A DNA stretch of 64,000 nucleotides from Candidatus Latescibacterota bacterium (GCA_965208835.1 OZ242358.1:3264001-3328000), one strand, 5' to 3'. Counted from the first letter of the stretch, positions 40,224 through 50,118 are shown. Notes: generated by a model not told the origin, from the sequence alone. Numbers and translations are program-made.

Positions 40224-40317
40224 ACCGTTAAACGATCTCGCGTGTTCACTTCCACATACGTCGAGCGAGGCGGCTCCCTTAAACGAGCCAGACACTGGCA
40301 TATCATCTCCCCCTTGT

Positions 40318-41103
40318 TCAGGCTTTCCGGAGGATCACGTAGACATTTCCAAGTTCCCCGATCAGTTCCTCATCGTCTTCCAACGCTTCGAAATTCTCCC
40401 CGAATATTGCAGCGACTTCGAAACTGCCTGATCTGCGAGCCAACTCCTCAAGATCGGAGAAAAGCCAGAGCCTCAACGTATGACGTTCCTCGAAGCGATC
40501 TGTCTCTGCGTTCTGTTCGACCTCGAACGTACAAACCTGGTGACTCAATTTTGTTTCACTGTCTTCGTTCAGGATTCTCCACGACGTACTCACACGGATG
40601 CCGCCGCGTTCCAGCGCCCAGAAATCACCGGCCGGAAGTTCGCCTTTGTGAGCGAAGTTTAGATGGAGAACATAGACACCATTTTCACGGAGTGATGAAC
40701 CGGTCGCTCTCAGATGCGAGACGACTTCGTCATCCGAATGGAGGTATCCGATGCTGTTGATCGAATTCACCGCGGCATCGAATTCGCCCGGTATTTCAGC
40801 GGATGCCATTTCGGCCTGCATCACTCGGGCGTTCTTCCCATCCATTGCAATTGAGTCCCTTGCAAATTGTACCATGACGGCCCTGTCGTCATAGCCTGTG
40901 ACCTGAAACCCGGAGCCAGCCAGCGCTCGCACCATTCGCCCCGTTCCACAGGCCGGTTCGAGAATATGTTTCACCGGGATGCGATTCAAAGACGCGTTTG
41001 AAGAAGCGTATCTCGTCAGAGAGATCCCATGAGAAGGCAATGTCATAGATCTCCGGATGGCTGTAGAGTTCGAACGTGTCTCTCTCTTTGTGCGTGATCA
41101 GTT
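40318..41103 (-). pseudogene. SAM-dependent methyltransferase with a frameshift near 40980
   Basis: The N-terminus LYSHPEIYDIAFSWDLSDEIRFFKRVFESH is in a different frame from PVKHILEPACGTGR. Confidence 0.65.
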
Positions 41104-41181
41104 TTTGCCACCTTTCACTCGACGTTTTCTACTGCAACAAAACCCGTGCCAGCAAACTGCACCGCGCAGGGATCACAACAA

Positions 41182-42063
41182 TCAACAATCCATCAGCCCA
41201 AGCGTTCGGGAAGTACTCTCACAGATCTGTCTGACAGTGTCGATCTCGTTGGTGGACAGGGGACCGATTTCCGGGTCGTCGTCTTGAGACAGGACCAGTT
41301 CGTTCGAGTCTATCCACTTCCACCGCTTGGGATCGAGCCCTGAACCCGTGAGGTATTCATCGTCGAAGTCTCGAAGCACCGGAAATTCGTGCTCCAGCGT
41401 CACTCGTTCTTCAAGCGCGCCACCCAGCAACCCCTCGAGGGTCTCCCGAGGGTAGCGACACAGGACGTCGTACCGAACGAACAGATCAACCAGCCGGCGG
41501 TCCTGCCACAGCTTTGAATTGACGGCGTTCCACTGGTTTGCAACCTGAGTGATTTTGTCGGAAGATACCATTTCCCGCCATCCGCGCGGCTTGACGCCCC
41601 ACCAGCCATCTTCCGGGCCGCGCGATCCGTCGACGTGCCGGAACCGTTTGAGCAGAGAGAAGGTATTCGAGACCGGCTTTCTGACAACGGCAACAACGAA
41701 CATGCCAGGCAGAATCGCCTTGATCCAGGGAAGCCGAACCGTACTGTACGGGCACTTGCTGATCCCCAATTCCGTTGGTCGGGAATCAAGTCTGGCTTCC
41801 GTATCCCTGCGTACGTACTCCACCGCGTCCGGAGTTGCATCGTCGACGCCAATCTCATGACCCTCCTCTCCCGAATTTCGCTGGTAGACGACACCGGCAG
41901 GAAACGCGGTGGGTGCAAATGACGGCCTGTTGCCCCAGTCTATTCCGCCTTCAGTCTTTCCCCGCCCTCCGAGAAACTCAGCCATGCCGGTGTTCTCGAG
42001 CAGTCTGACCAGGAGGGAAGTGCCTGATTTCTGAAGCCCTGCGACGTGGATGATTCTCTTCAA
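41182..42063 (-). CDS. Sulfotransferase family protein
   Basis: PAPS-binding GLQKSGTSLL, KCP, VRKP and VRYD. Confidence 0.85.
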   Translation of the reverse strand: MKRIIHVAGLQKSGTSLLVRLLENTGMAEFLGGRGKTEGGIDWGNRPSFAPTAFPAGVVYQRNSGEEGHEIGVDDATPDAVEYVRRDTEARLDSRPTELGISKCPYSTVRLPWIKAILPGMFVVAVVRKPVSNTFSLLKRFRHVDGSRGPEDGWWGVKPRGWREMVSSDKITQVANQWNAVNSKLWQDRRLVDLFVRYDVLCRYPRETLEGLLGGALEERVTLEHEFPVLRDFDDEYLTGSGLDPKRWKWIDSNELVLSQDDDPEIGPLSTNEIDTVRQICESTSRTLGLMDC

Positions 42064-42178
42064 TTCGATTTCCTCGAAATATCACCGACGCCGGTAGAGC
42101 AAGTATGGTCTGTCCAGCGCGACGTCGAGTTCAGCGACGGGTCCCGGCCCGACCATCGCGTGTTGCTGGCGGGGTTCC

Positions 42179-42562
42179 CTAAAGCGGTTGCCCTATGTCT
42201 ATTCGATTGCCATCAGGGTCTGCGATGACGAAGTCCCGAAGACCGTATTGCTGATCGCGCAGTCCCTTGATGATCCGTACTCCCGACTTGCTGAGGTGAT
42301 CGAAAAGCGCATTCGCGTCACTCACCTTCAGGTGCACGACGTTGTGTAACTGTGGCTTCTTGTCACTGCTCAACGAGAGGTGAAGCTCGGCCCGGTCTCT
42401 CTTCATAATCACAAAGCCGACTGGATTTCCGTTCTCGAACGTCTTGCGCATTCCCAACATCGACGCGTAGAATGAAACGGACTTCTCGACATTGCTGACT
42501 GCAATGCAGGGCGCCATGCGCCCTAACTCGACTGAATCCGGGAAATTCGATGAATCGCCCAT
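42179..42562 (-). CDS. VOC family protein
   Basis: YGLRDFVIADPDGNRIDIG. AGGAGG RBS. Confidence 0.9.
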   Translation of the reverse strand: MGDSSNFPDSVELGRMAPCIAVSNVEKSVSFYASMLGMRKTFENGNPVGFVIMKRDRAELHLSLSSDKKPQLHNVVHLKVSDANALFDHLSKSGVRIIKGLRDQQYGLRDFVIADPDGNRIDIGQPL

Positions 42563-42788
42563 GAACGCTACCTCCTTTGTTGACCAGAGGATCCGTAACT
42601 GAGGCAGTGCTCAATGCAGGACAATGGCCGGTTTTAGTAACCGAGGCGGTGCTCGGATCGATGATCGGGCCGGGTGTTACTTCGAAAGATGTCGAGAACT
42701 GCTCGCTGTTTCTGGTTACGCGACGTCGTGATTGCGCATTCTGTCCGGTTGACTCCGATTGCCCATTCGGGATTTTGAGAATCCCTAC

Positions 42789-42814
42789 GAACCTTCCGGC
42801 CTTCTATTACGTCA
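42789..42814 (+). promoter_or_regulatory. Putative ECF sigma (autoregulatory) promoter
   Basis: GAACC-N16-CGTCA immediately upstream of the AGGAGG RBS of the ECF gene. Confidence 0.6.
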
Positions 42815-42829
42815 TGAAATCAGGAGGAC

Positions 42830-44152
42830 ATGGCCCGAATGCATCCACAGCCGCCCAGAGAACTCGTCAGGCAATCCTTAGTGGGAAACCCCGAGGCGTT
42901 TGTGGCCGTTGTACGTCACTTCGAAGATAGACTGGCGACTCTCATTAGATACTTCGTTGACGATGAAGACGATGCGGCAGACGTGTTTCAGGACACGGTC
43001 CTCCAGGCGTGGGTGACTCAGCACCAGCTTCGGGATCCATCCAGGTTCGGTCCGTGGCTCTTTCAGATCGCGAGAAACCGCTCCCGTGATTTCCTTAGAC
43101 GAAAGCACAGAAGAGAACTGCCGACTTCGCAAAATGAACTGGAGCGTATCCTGAATCAGTCGCGGACAACTACACTCGAACAAGCGGAATCGGTTCGACG
43201 GATCATGCGCGCAATAGAGAAAATACCAGATTTCGAAGCTGACGCCATCAAAGACTTCTACTTCAGAGGACTCAAGATTTCCGAAATCGCAACTCGTACC
43301 GGACGCCCCGACGGCACTATCAAACGCAGGCTTTCAACCGGACGCAATCGAATACGTGATGTACTCGGCGTGTCACCCCAAAGAGGGAGGCCTACAATGC
43401 CGGAAACCGACTCTCAGGGATTTATTCATCGATTTCCTCGAGAACGGCCCACCATACAAATCAACAGATCAGAACGTACACCCTTCTCTGTGGACTGCCA
43501 GGAGCTAAGATGGTGGTTCGCGGTGCCCAAAGTCGACGAGTCGGTGCTCGTCGCAACCTATAGTCCAGACCAGTGGACATTGACGTCGGTGATGAGAATG
43601 GAGGCAACCGGTATCGCCGAGGTCCACGGCGTCGAAGGGATCGAAATCGAGGTCACTGAATCCGATACGCAAACGTCCCTGGCCTGCAGGGTCTGCACAA
43701 TCGTCGGACGTCTCACAGAAGAGAGGGCTCAGTACCTGGCTGTCTTTCAACGAAACGGCAAGTTCAGCGTCGAAACCTTCCTGAGTGAGGCCTTCTGGCG
43801 GGATTCTATGCGGAAGCTTGAACCTCAGGGGTCATTTGACGAGGCGGCGCCCCGGATATTTGCCAGAACCGACGAATCATCTGATGAATCCGGGGCCGGG
43901 AATCACGAGGTCCGAATAGACGGTCGTTTGTTCTCGTGTTTACGGGTTCTTGAGCTCGAGGGAATTCCCGAAGAGCCAGATTCCATCTTCACGGAGAGTT
44001 TCGTGACCTCCGAAGGCCGCACCTTACTCAGGAGACACTACTGCCACCCTGAATGCGAAAACGTCCCCGTCGATCATTCCGTAGAGGTCGATGTGGACGG
44101 AGCCAAATTCGTACATTGGTACGACAATTTGACGGATAGTGCACTGAAATAG
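42830..44152 (+). CDS. ECF RNA polymerase sigma factor with a ~250-aa C-terminal extension
   Basis: Region 2 DAADVFQDTVLQAW...FGPWLFQIARN and region 4 GLKISEIA...GTIKRRLSTGR. Confidence 0.88.
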   Translation: MARMHPQPPRELVRQSLVGNPEAFVAVVRHFEDRLATLIRYFVDDEDDAADVFQDTVLQAWVTQHQLRDPSRFGPWLFQIARNRSRDFLRRKHRRELPTSQNELERILNQSRTTTLEQAESVRRIMRAIEKIPDFEADAIKDFYFRGLKISEIATRTGRPDGTIKRRLSTGRNRIRDVLGVSPQRGRPTMPETDSQGFIHRFPRERPTIQINRSERTPFSVDCQELRWWFAVPKVDESVLVATYSPDQWTLTSVMRMEATGIAEVHGVEGIEIEVTESDTQTSLACRVCTIVGRLTEERAQYLAVFQRNGKFSVETFLSEAFWRDSMRKLEPQGSFDEAAPRIFARTDESSDESGAGNHEVRIDGRLFSCLRVLELEGIPEEPDSIFTESFVTSEGRTLLRRHYCHPECENVPVDHSVEVDVDGAKFVHWYDNLTDSALK

Positions 44153-44216
44153 TGTTGATCCGGGCTCGTTCGCGTTGTCTTTCTGCCGCGGCCGGCATGC
44201 CAGTCGCCGCTGCCCC

Positions 44217-44774
44217 TTATGCGCTTAGAGTACCTTTCATGTCATGCGCGAATCGGTACAGTTCGCCGAAGTCTGCAGACTCGGGACCGAACAGCTCCGC
44301 CGCTCGTCTAAAGTGGACTGTCCGTACTTCCACAATTCTGCTGTTTAAATCCGGATCGGGTCTTTTCACTGTGTTTTGTACCACGTTTGCCCACGATACG
44401 ACCCGAACGTGTTCGGGGTACGGAAAGTGGGATAGCCGGGGGCGGTCGACTCCGGACACGCAGTAGTACATTCCGATCGGATGGAGATTTCCAGGAATGC
44501 TCCCCGTCTCCTCCAACAGCTCGCGGCGCCCAGCCTCCTCCCATGTCTCCCCGGGTTCGAGCGTTCCTCCCGGCAATACCCATTTCCCGTTGGAACGCCT
44601 GGTGGCGAGACAGTGGCTGTCGGAGATAAACGGAATGACATAGGCGGAGCCGCAGATCGTCGAGGCCGATTCCTCTTCAAATCTGCGGAAGTGGACATTG
44701 GGACGAAGCTGCCCCATCAAGCCACTCAGCGTGGGGTATTTCGCGATGATCGTGTCGAAGTGTGTCCCGTCCAT
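44217..44774 (-). CDS. NUDIX hydrolase
   Basis: PGGTLEPGETWEEAGRRELLEETG. Confidence 0.88.
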   Translation of the reverse strand: MDGTHFDTIIAKYPTLSGLMGQLRPNVHFRRFEEESASTICGSAYVIPFISDSHCLATRRSNGKWVLPGGTLEPGETWEEAGRRELLEETGSIPGNLHPIGMYYCVSGVDRPRLSHFPYPEHVRVVSWANVVQNTVKRPDPDLNSRIVEVRTVHFRRAAELFGPESADFGELYRFAHDMKGTLSA

Positions 44775-44852
44775 GTTGAGGCCGCATCAGGTTATCCGTC
44801 GCCGCGATATCCACCGCCGGCAAGAGTCGGAATGGAATCCAAAGCGGCGGAT

Positions 44853-45563
44853 TCAAACCTCGCCCCAGCTCTTGAGCAGGTCAGGATCGGCGCCACCGTC
44901 TTCCAGAACGGGGAACAGGTGCGCGTGTTTCATCCTTACGGCCGCATCGCACAACAGCCGCGTATACGGCTTCACGAGCGCACCCTCGCTGATCAGCCAC
45001 CGGCTGAGTTGCTCGTGGCCTCCCGTCACCGCATAGTGCAGTGGGGTCACACGCCAGACGGAGTCGTCGTCCTGTTCTTCGGTCAGCAGACGCGGATCTG
45101 TCTGCAGGCACTGCTTTGCGCGGTCCACGTCCCCCAGATAACACGCCGAATAGATATCTATGACGGATCCCGCTTTAATCAGCATGTCAGCGATTTCGAG
45201 CCTGCGATAGCGCTTCGCGATACAATAGGGCTTAAGGAGCACCGGTATCTCCGCGCGAGTCCGGCCGGGGACATTGGGATCGGCTCCCGCACGTAACAAG
45301 AACCGCACGATGTTTATCCGGTTGCCGCGCGTCGCTTCCCACAGAAACGTCCGATTGTGCCCGCCGCTCTTGGCAAGCAGCAGCGACGGGTCAAGCTCGA
45401 GGTGCCGCTTTACAGCATTCAAATCGCCTCGCCGTACCTCTTTTAATATCTTGTCGATACCGAAGCGGCCGCTGTGTCCTGAGCGCGGCTTGACTTCATC
45501 TCCCCATCCATGGTCGTCAGTCTTCGGGCCCATCGTCTGCGTTCCCGTCAATACCGAAATCAA
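44853..45563 (-). CDS. Ankyrin repeat protein
   Basis: TFLWEATRGN, LLRAGADPN and TPLHYAVTGGH. Confidence 0.88.
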   Translation of the reverse strand: MISVLTGTQTMGPKTDDHGWGDEVKPRSGHSGRFGIDKILKEVRRGDLNAVKRHLELDPSLLLAKSGGHNRTFLWEATRGNRINIVRFLLRAGADPNVPGRTRAEIPVLLKPYCIAKRYRRLEIADMLIKAGSVIDIYSACYLGDVDRAKQCLQTDPRLLTEEQDDDSVWRVTPLHYAVTGGHEQLSRWLISEGALVKPYTRLLCDAAVRMKHAHLFPVLEDGGADPDLLKSWGEV

Positions 45564-45585
45564 TATTTGATTACGTCCTGCCGTT

Positions 45586-45651
45586 CGCGAACCGGGACCC
45601 CGGCTTCATAGCCATGCCTGAGCGTTTCGAGAGAAAGCCGAATGGTTCTCA
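45586..45651 (-). other. attC-like recombination site (degenerate)
   Basis: Minus strand TGAGAAC-cattCGGCTT...AAGCCG-gggtcccg-GTTCGCG, directly after the stop of the upstream GNAT. Confidence 0.45.
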
Positions 45652-45652
45652 A

Positions 45653-46597
45653 TTACACCAACCGTTTCACCAGACCATAATCCACCAGTTGGCGCACCCT
45701 GTACCCTGCGCCGAAGTAGATCTCCTGGGCCGGGTTGTTCAGTCCTGTATGGAGCGTATTGCGTGCTACACCCCGTTTCTTGAACTCCGCGCACATCAGA
45801 TTAAACAATACCGTACCGATCTTGCCCCGCCGGTAGTCCGGACGCGTCCCGATCCCGGTAAAGCCGCCCCTTCCATCCGTTCCAATGCGGACCGGTCCGG
45901 CAAAACCCACCACCACAGGACCGTCCGTCGCGATCAGCACGGGATTGGGCGGATCACCGTCCAGACTGGACTTTACAGAAGCCTCCCAGCCACCCGGGAA
46001 CAGTGCCTCCATAAACTCACACAGCGCCTTCCGATGTTCTGCTTCGCAAAATCCGAAAAGGATGCCACGAGATCGGTTGTCTTCGATATAGCTCTTTATC
46101 TCATTACGAAGCTCAAATTCCGCGAACGTCGTTTCCATAAACAGACTCACCGACCCGCGGTTGCGGAATCCCTGATTCAGGAAAAACGTATAGGCTGGCG
46201 TCTTCATATCGACGCCTGTCGCGAATGTGATCGGATTGCCCTTGTATCCGATACGCATCTCCGTCTTGCCGCAGCCAGATAGAAATCTCTCCGCGGCATC
46301 CGCGAGCCTGCCCCCAACCCCGATTCGCCGATAATCCGAATCCACGATCAACACGCTCAGGAATCCCGTCTCTTCGACACCGGGCGCGACGGCCAGCACG
46401 AACCCCACAACCCTGCCTTCCACCTTCGCTGTAATCGCTCCCTCCCGGTCAAAGTCCGGATGCGCCAGGACCCGTTGCCGAAAACCCGCTTCATCCATCC
46501 GAAAATCGTATTTCCGGTCTGCAAACGTCCGCTGCCAGAGGTCCATCACCTGCGCCAGGTCTTCGTCTTTCCAGGGTGCAATCGATATCTTGTCCAT
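45653..46597 (-). CDS. Tandem-domain GNAT acetyltransferase
   Basis: Two motif A copies, VDSDYRRIGVG and TRPDYRRGKIG. Confidence 0.88.
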   Translation of the reverse strand: MDKISIAPWKDEDLAQVMDLWQRTFADRKYDFRMDEAGFRQRVLAHPDFDREGAITAKVEGRVVGFVLAVAPGVEETGFLSVLIVDSDYRRIGVGGRLADAAERFLSGCGKTEMRIGYKGNPITFATGVDMKTPAYTFFLNQGFRNRGSVSLFMETTFAEFELRNEIKSYIEDNRSRGILFGFCEAEHRKALCEFMEALFPGGWEASVKSSLDGDPPNPVLIATDGPVVVGFAGPVRIGTDGRGGFTGIGTRPDYRRGKIGTVLFNLMCAEFKKRGVARNTLHTGLNNPAQEIYFGAGYRVRQLVDYGLVKRLV

Positions 46598-46618
46598 ATC
46601 TCCAGTCCACAAATCCGT

Positions 46619-47014
46619 TTAAGTGCCTGGAAGGAAAGCGACGGCTTCGATCTCGACCAGATAATCGGGGTGAGCGAGGCCGCTGACGAATAACAGCGTG
46701 TTAGGCGGGAACGCGTCCGTGAAGAAGCGGTTTCGGACACGGCGAAAGGCATCCAGATGACCGCGATCGGTCAGGTAGGTAGTCAGCTTGACGATGTCTT
46801 CAAGACTCCCGCCGAGTTCCTCCAGGATGGCCTGAAGATTCGCGTAGACCTGGTGAGTCTGCGCCTCGATGTCGCCCTTCCCTACCAGGTTGCCGCCAGG
46901 GTTCAGGGCGATCTGGCCGGCGATGTACACGGTGTCACCGGCCTTTGCGACGTGTGAATACCCCACCCCCACCGTCGAGTGTACGCTCGCCGGATGTATA
47001 ATCTCACGGGCCAT
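46619..47014 (-). CDS. RidA/YjgF family protein
   Basis: YSH, IAGQIA and LVEIEAVA. Confidence 0.9.
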   Translation of the reverse strand: MAREIIHPASVHSTVGVGYSHVAKAGDTVYIAGQIALNPGGNLVGKGDIEAQTHQVYANLQAILEELGGSLEDIVKLTTYLTDRGHLDAFRRVRNRFFTDAFPPNTLLFVSGLAHPDYLVEIEAVAFLPGT

Positions 47015-47308
47015 TGTTCCCGACCTCCTATATCATCGTGTTGTGATTACCTCGATGCGAAGAGAGACAACAGTCAGATTGGCTACGAAAAGCTTGAATG
47101 CGGGGAGACGGGAGAGGTGAGACGGTAGAAAAAAAGGCGGGTAGAGGTAAGAGGGTAGACGGTAGATGAAATCCGTGCCCGCCATATTTTCCCTTCTTGC
47201 CTTCGGCACGAAGAGAATCCTCACGAGACAGGCAATCTCTCCCCTCTACCGGCTCCCGTCTACCCGCTTCTGAGGGGCCGGGGGAGAGGTCCCGAACACG
47301 GCCATTAT

Positions 47309-47400
47309 CCCGGTGTATCCTGGTAATCCGCAGTTTAATCGCCTTTATCAACTTGCACATAATGGCATTAACGTCCACGAAAACATACGAATCCTGGTTA
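47309..47400. repeat. Dispersed ~90-bp repeat (inverted copy of 36030-36122)
   Basis: GGTGTATCCTGGTAATCCGCAGTTTAATCGCCTTTAT. Confidence 0.75.
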
Positions 47401-47808
47401 GTTTCTGCCGCTCAATCTTCCGCCTATCCAGGCCATCGGTATGTACGCGCCAACCAGATCCACGACGTAAAACAGGACGGGCCCCCCTATCATGAAGGCG
47501 TTGGCGATGCCGCCAATCAGGAAGAGTCCGCCAACCACCATCGCTGCCGCCACCCTGCAGCTTGCGGCGATGAGCGCGGCCAGATACGCGCCCACAAGGG
47601 TCCCCAGCGCATGTGCAAGGAACGGGAAAATGAAGTGCTTGAACTCAAACAGGTGCATGGAAGACTTGATGGATTCCACGTTGGTCACGTCGACGCCATC
47701 GGGAGGCGGAATGACATATGGCCCTACCGTGACCAGAATCATATTGGCTATACTGCCGACAACACAACCAACGATAACGGCAAGGACGTTCTTCAGCTTG
47801 GACTTCAT
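47398..47808 (-). CDS. Membrane protein
   Basis: IPPPDGVD, FPFLAHALGTLVGA and DLVGAYIPMAWIG. Four TM segments. Confidence 0.8.
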   Translation of the reverse strand: MKSKLKNVLAVIVGCVVGSIANMILVTVGPYVIPPPDGVDVTNVESIKSSMHLFEFKHFIFPFLAHALGTLVGAYLAALIAASCRVAAAMVVGGLFLIGGIANAFMIGGPVLFYVVDLVGAYIPMAWIGGRLSGRN

Positions 47809-47928
47809 GAATCACCTCGTGAGTTAAGACTTCGTTTGGCGGGCGCCCACAAAGGACGCCCCTATAAAACTACGGAGATTCAGTCAGGGCTTTGGGCGGG
47901 CGTCGGGGCGTGTCGACTGCAGCAACTT

Positions 47929-48987
47929 TCAGCCCGCGAGACGTGGCAGCACGTTTTCCGCTCTTCCCTGCACGAATAAGTCTTCCTTGTGGAGAAACTC
48001 CGGCCGGTCGGGAGAAATCGAAACGATCTGTATGCCGCTGTCGCGGGCATAACTGATCAACCCATGCTCGTCTCTCCCGAGCCCGACTGCCAGAAGGACG
48101 TTGCCTTCAGATAGCCACGCCCATCCCCTCGCAACCGGTTTGAAGTCGTCAGGTTTCTTCAGGTGGACGTTCACGGATCCCGCCCTCTCGTGGAGCTTGT
48201 CTTCATTGCCTGTAATGACGTGACGAACGCGCCCTCTTTCCTCGAGATCCGCCAGAGCCCGGTGCGCATCGTTGGGTTTCGCCTGTATGAATGCAGCTTG
48301 AAACCTCGCAAGAATCCTCGCGAGTTCTCGAGGCCTTTCGATCATGAATTCCGCTACGGCGCCAGGAAACGGTTCATGCAACGGGAAGTGCCGCTCCAAT
48401 CCCTGTGCGCCTCTGAAGGTCGGGATGCCGCTGCCTGCGGAAATTCCGGCTCCCGTGAGGGCAACCACGGGGTTTTGTGAAACGAGAGATTGCAGGTCTG
48501 AAACCGCGATCTCTTTTGCGGCTTTTGGACACGCTCTCGTGCTGACCGGGTAGTATTCGTTTCTGGCTACAAGTGGATCATTCGTCTCCCTTGCTTTCGA
48601 CTCGAAGCGACTGAAATGGACTTCTCTCAGATTCGCTGAGTCGCCGTAGCTCAGCAAAAGGTGACTTGCCGTGGTTCCTACGGCACTCTTGGCGAAAGTG
48701 AACTCAACATTCCAGTCGGCAAGCCGATGAGCCGGCTTTCCCGATCCTGGACCCAACTTCTCTCTGAGTTGCTCCAGCCAGCCACCCTGTACATCATCCG
48801 CAATTTTTCCCGAGCAAGCCACGCATAGACCAAGCAGGTCTATGCGTCCCGCTACGTCCACTCCAAATTTACCGTAGAATCCAAACGTCCGGCCAGGGCC
48901 CAGAAAGGTCCAATCGAAGTTTGTGAAACTTCCCCAGATCAATCTGTAGGATTCAAGCTGCGAGCGCGTGAGATTGAGAACGAACAT
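47929..48987 (-). CDS. Atypical Sir2-family NAD-binding protein with an N-terminal extension
   Basis: GAGISAGSGIPTFRG, PNDAHRALA and ITGNEDKLHERAG. Confidence 0.8.
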   Translation of the reverse strand: MFVLNLTRSQLESYRLIWGSFTNFDWTFLGPGRTFGFYGKFGVDVAGRIDLLGLCVACSGKIADDVQGGWLEQLREKLGPGSGKPAHRLADWNVEFTFAKSAVGTTASHLLLSYGDSANLREVHFSRFESKARETNDPLVARNEYYPVSTRACPKAAKEIAVSDLQSLVSQNPVVALTGAGISAGSGIPTFRGAQGLERHFPLHEPFPGAVAEFMIERPRELARILARFQAAFIQAKPNDAHRALADLEERGRVRHVITGNEDKLHERAGSVNVHLKKPDDFKPVARGWAWLSEGNVLLAVGLGRDEHGLISYARDSGIQIVSISPDRPEFLHKEDLFVQGRAENVLPRLAG

Positions 48988-49071
48988 TTCAAGAATGCAT
49001 CTAGCAAGCGCTGGTTAACGCCTTCGACGCTCCGAACAACGCCGTTGACCGCTGTGCGGGATTCAAAGAGT

Positions 49072-49905
49072 CTAGCCGAGTTTTCTCTCCAGCCATTCGA
49101 TGGCAAAGTCCGCCAGGTCCCTCGCGTCGAACAGATACGAGTCCGCGGCGCCAACCATCCCTCTGGCGACGCTTCCGCGATCGAGATATTCTATTACTAT
49201 GCGCTGGAAATAATCTCCGTGGAGACGGTCAACGATTCCGTTGGACGTATCGAACTGCTCGAACGCGATCCATTCGCACCTGCCATCGCGCAACACCGGC
49301 CATCGATACCGCTAAGTTCTCTTATGGGGTATGGCGGACATATGTTCCGCGTAGTGAAGAATGGTCAGGCTATCGAACAGCGGTCCCAGCAGAAGTACCT
49401 TCCCCCCAACGTCGCACAGTTTTTCAAGAGGGGAACCCGCGCCATATCCGAACTGCAACGGATGGTCTGCCGTAATCCATTCCGCCTTTACCCCGACAGC
49501 CGCAACTCGCGCCTCGGGATGGTCGCTGCAACGCACCTCGGGCCACGTGCGCAGGAACTCCGTAAGAATGCTCCAGCGACGATTGGCCCGAGTCCGATAC
49601 GGGTCGAACGGTGGACACTCTGCCAGGTATGCGTCCTTCCAGTCGTCCGGCCAATCGTCGAGTTCGTTCAAGGGCTCCTCACACTTGATGTACATCATCA
49701 AGGTCCCCGTTGAACCGATCACGTCCAGGATCGCCCGAAGCACCATATCAGGACCCCCGACGATCCAGCCGACCGCCTTGACGGAAGCATGGAGCATCAC
49801 CGTGTCGCCTGATGCAAGCCCCAGGCTCGACAGATCAGACATCAATCTGCTTCGTGTGATCACTGGTAGGTCTGTGTTGACCATACTGACTGTCTCCCGC
49901 GTCAA
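49072..49905 (-). pseudogene. Aminoglycoside 3-N-acetyltransferase (AAC(3)/YokD family) with an in-frame TAG at 49312-49314
   Basis: VMLHASVKAVG, GTLMM, SDHP, YGAGSPL and LHYAEH. The frame continues RYRWPVLRDG...FAIEWLE. Confidence 0.8.
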
Positions 49906-50118
49906 GGAAGACCTTGCAGGGCAGATAACGTGTCGATGCGCCGATCGGTGAAGCGGGCGGTCGAAGGCCTGGACGCCGCTTGCTCTCCTTGGGTGTCTGG
50001 CTCGTATTGCATACGACGTTTCGGATGTTCCTACGAATCAGGCGCAGGTTCTTGTCGGCCAGGATGGATGCCCCACGTTCGCAGGCAGCCTGCAAGGCGG
50101 TCTGGCTACCCTCTTTGT

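Noticed and set aside
39876-40431. ORFs of 141-173 aa over repeat elements (also 7955-8648, 31870-32143, 35583-35934, 60748-61333, 2868-3390)
   Set aside because: These are translations of REP/MITE sequence (LSLSK, PLKGG, GRDALAP peptides), not genes.
47929-48987. Assigning the Sir2 protein to Thoeris/DSR-type defence
   Set aside because: Its motifs resemble CobB-class sirtuins, and there is no TIR, HerA or Argonaute partner nearby.
21349-49314. Alternative genetic code (TAA/TAG reassigned to Glu)
   Set aside because: Many neighbouring genes terminate at TAA or TAG exactly where the family ends, and only three interruptions were seen.
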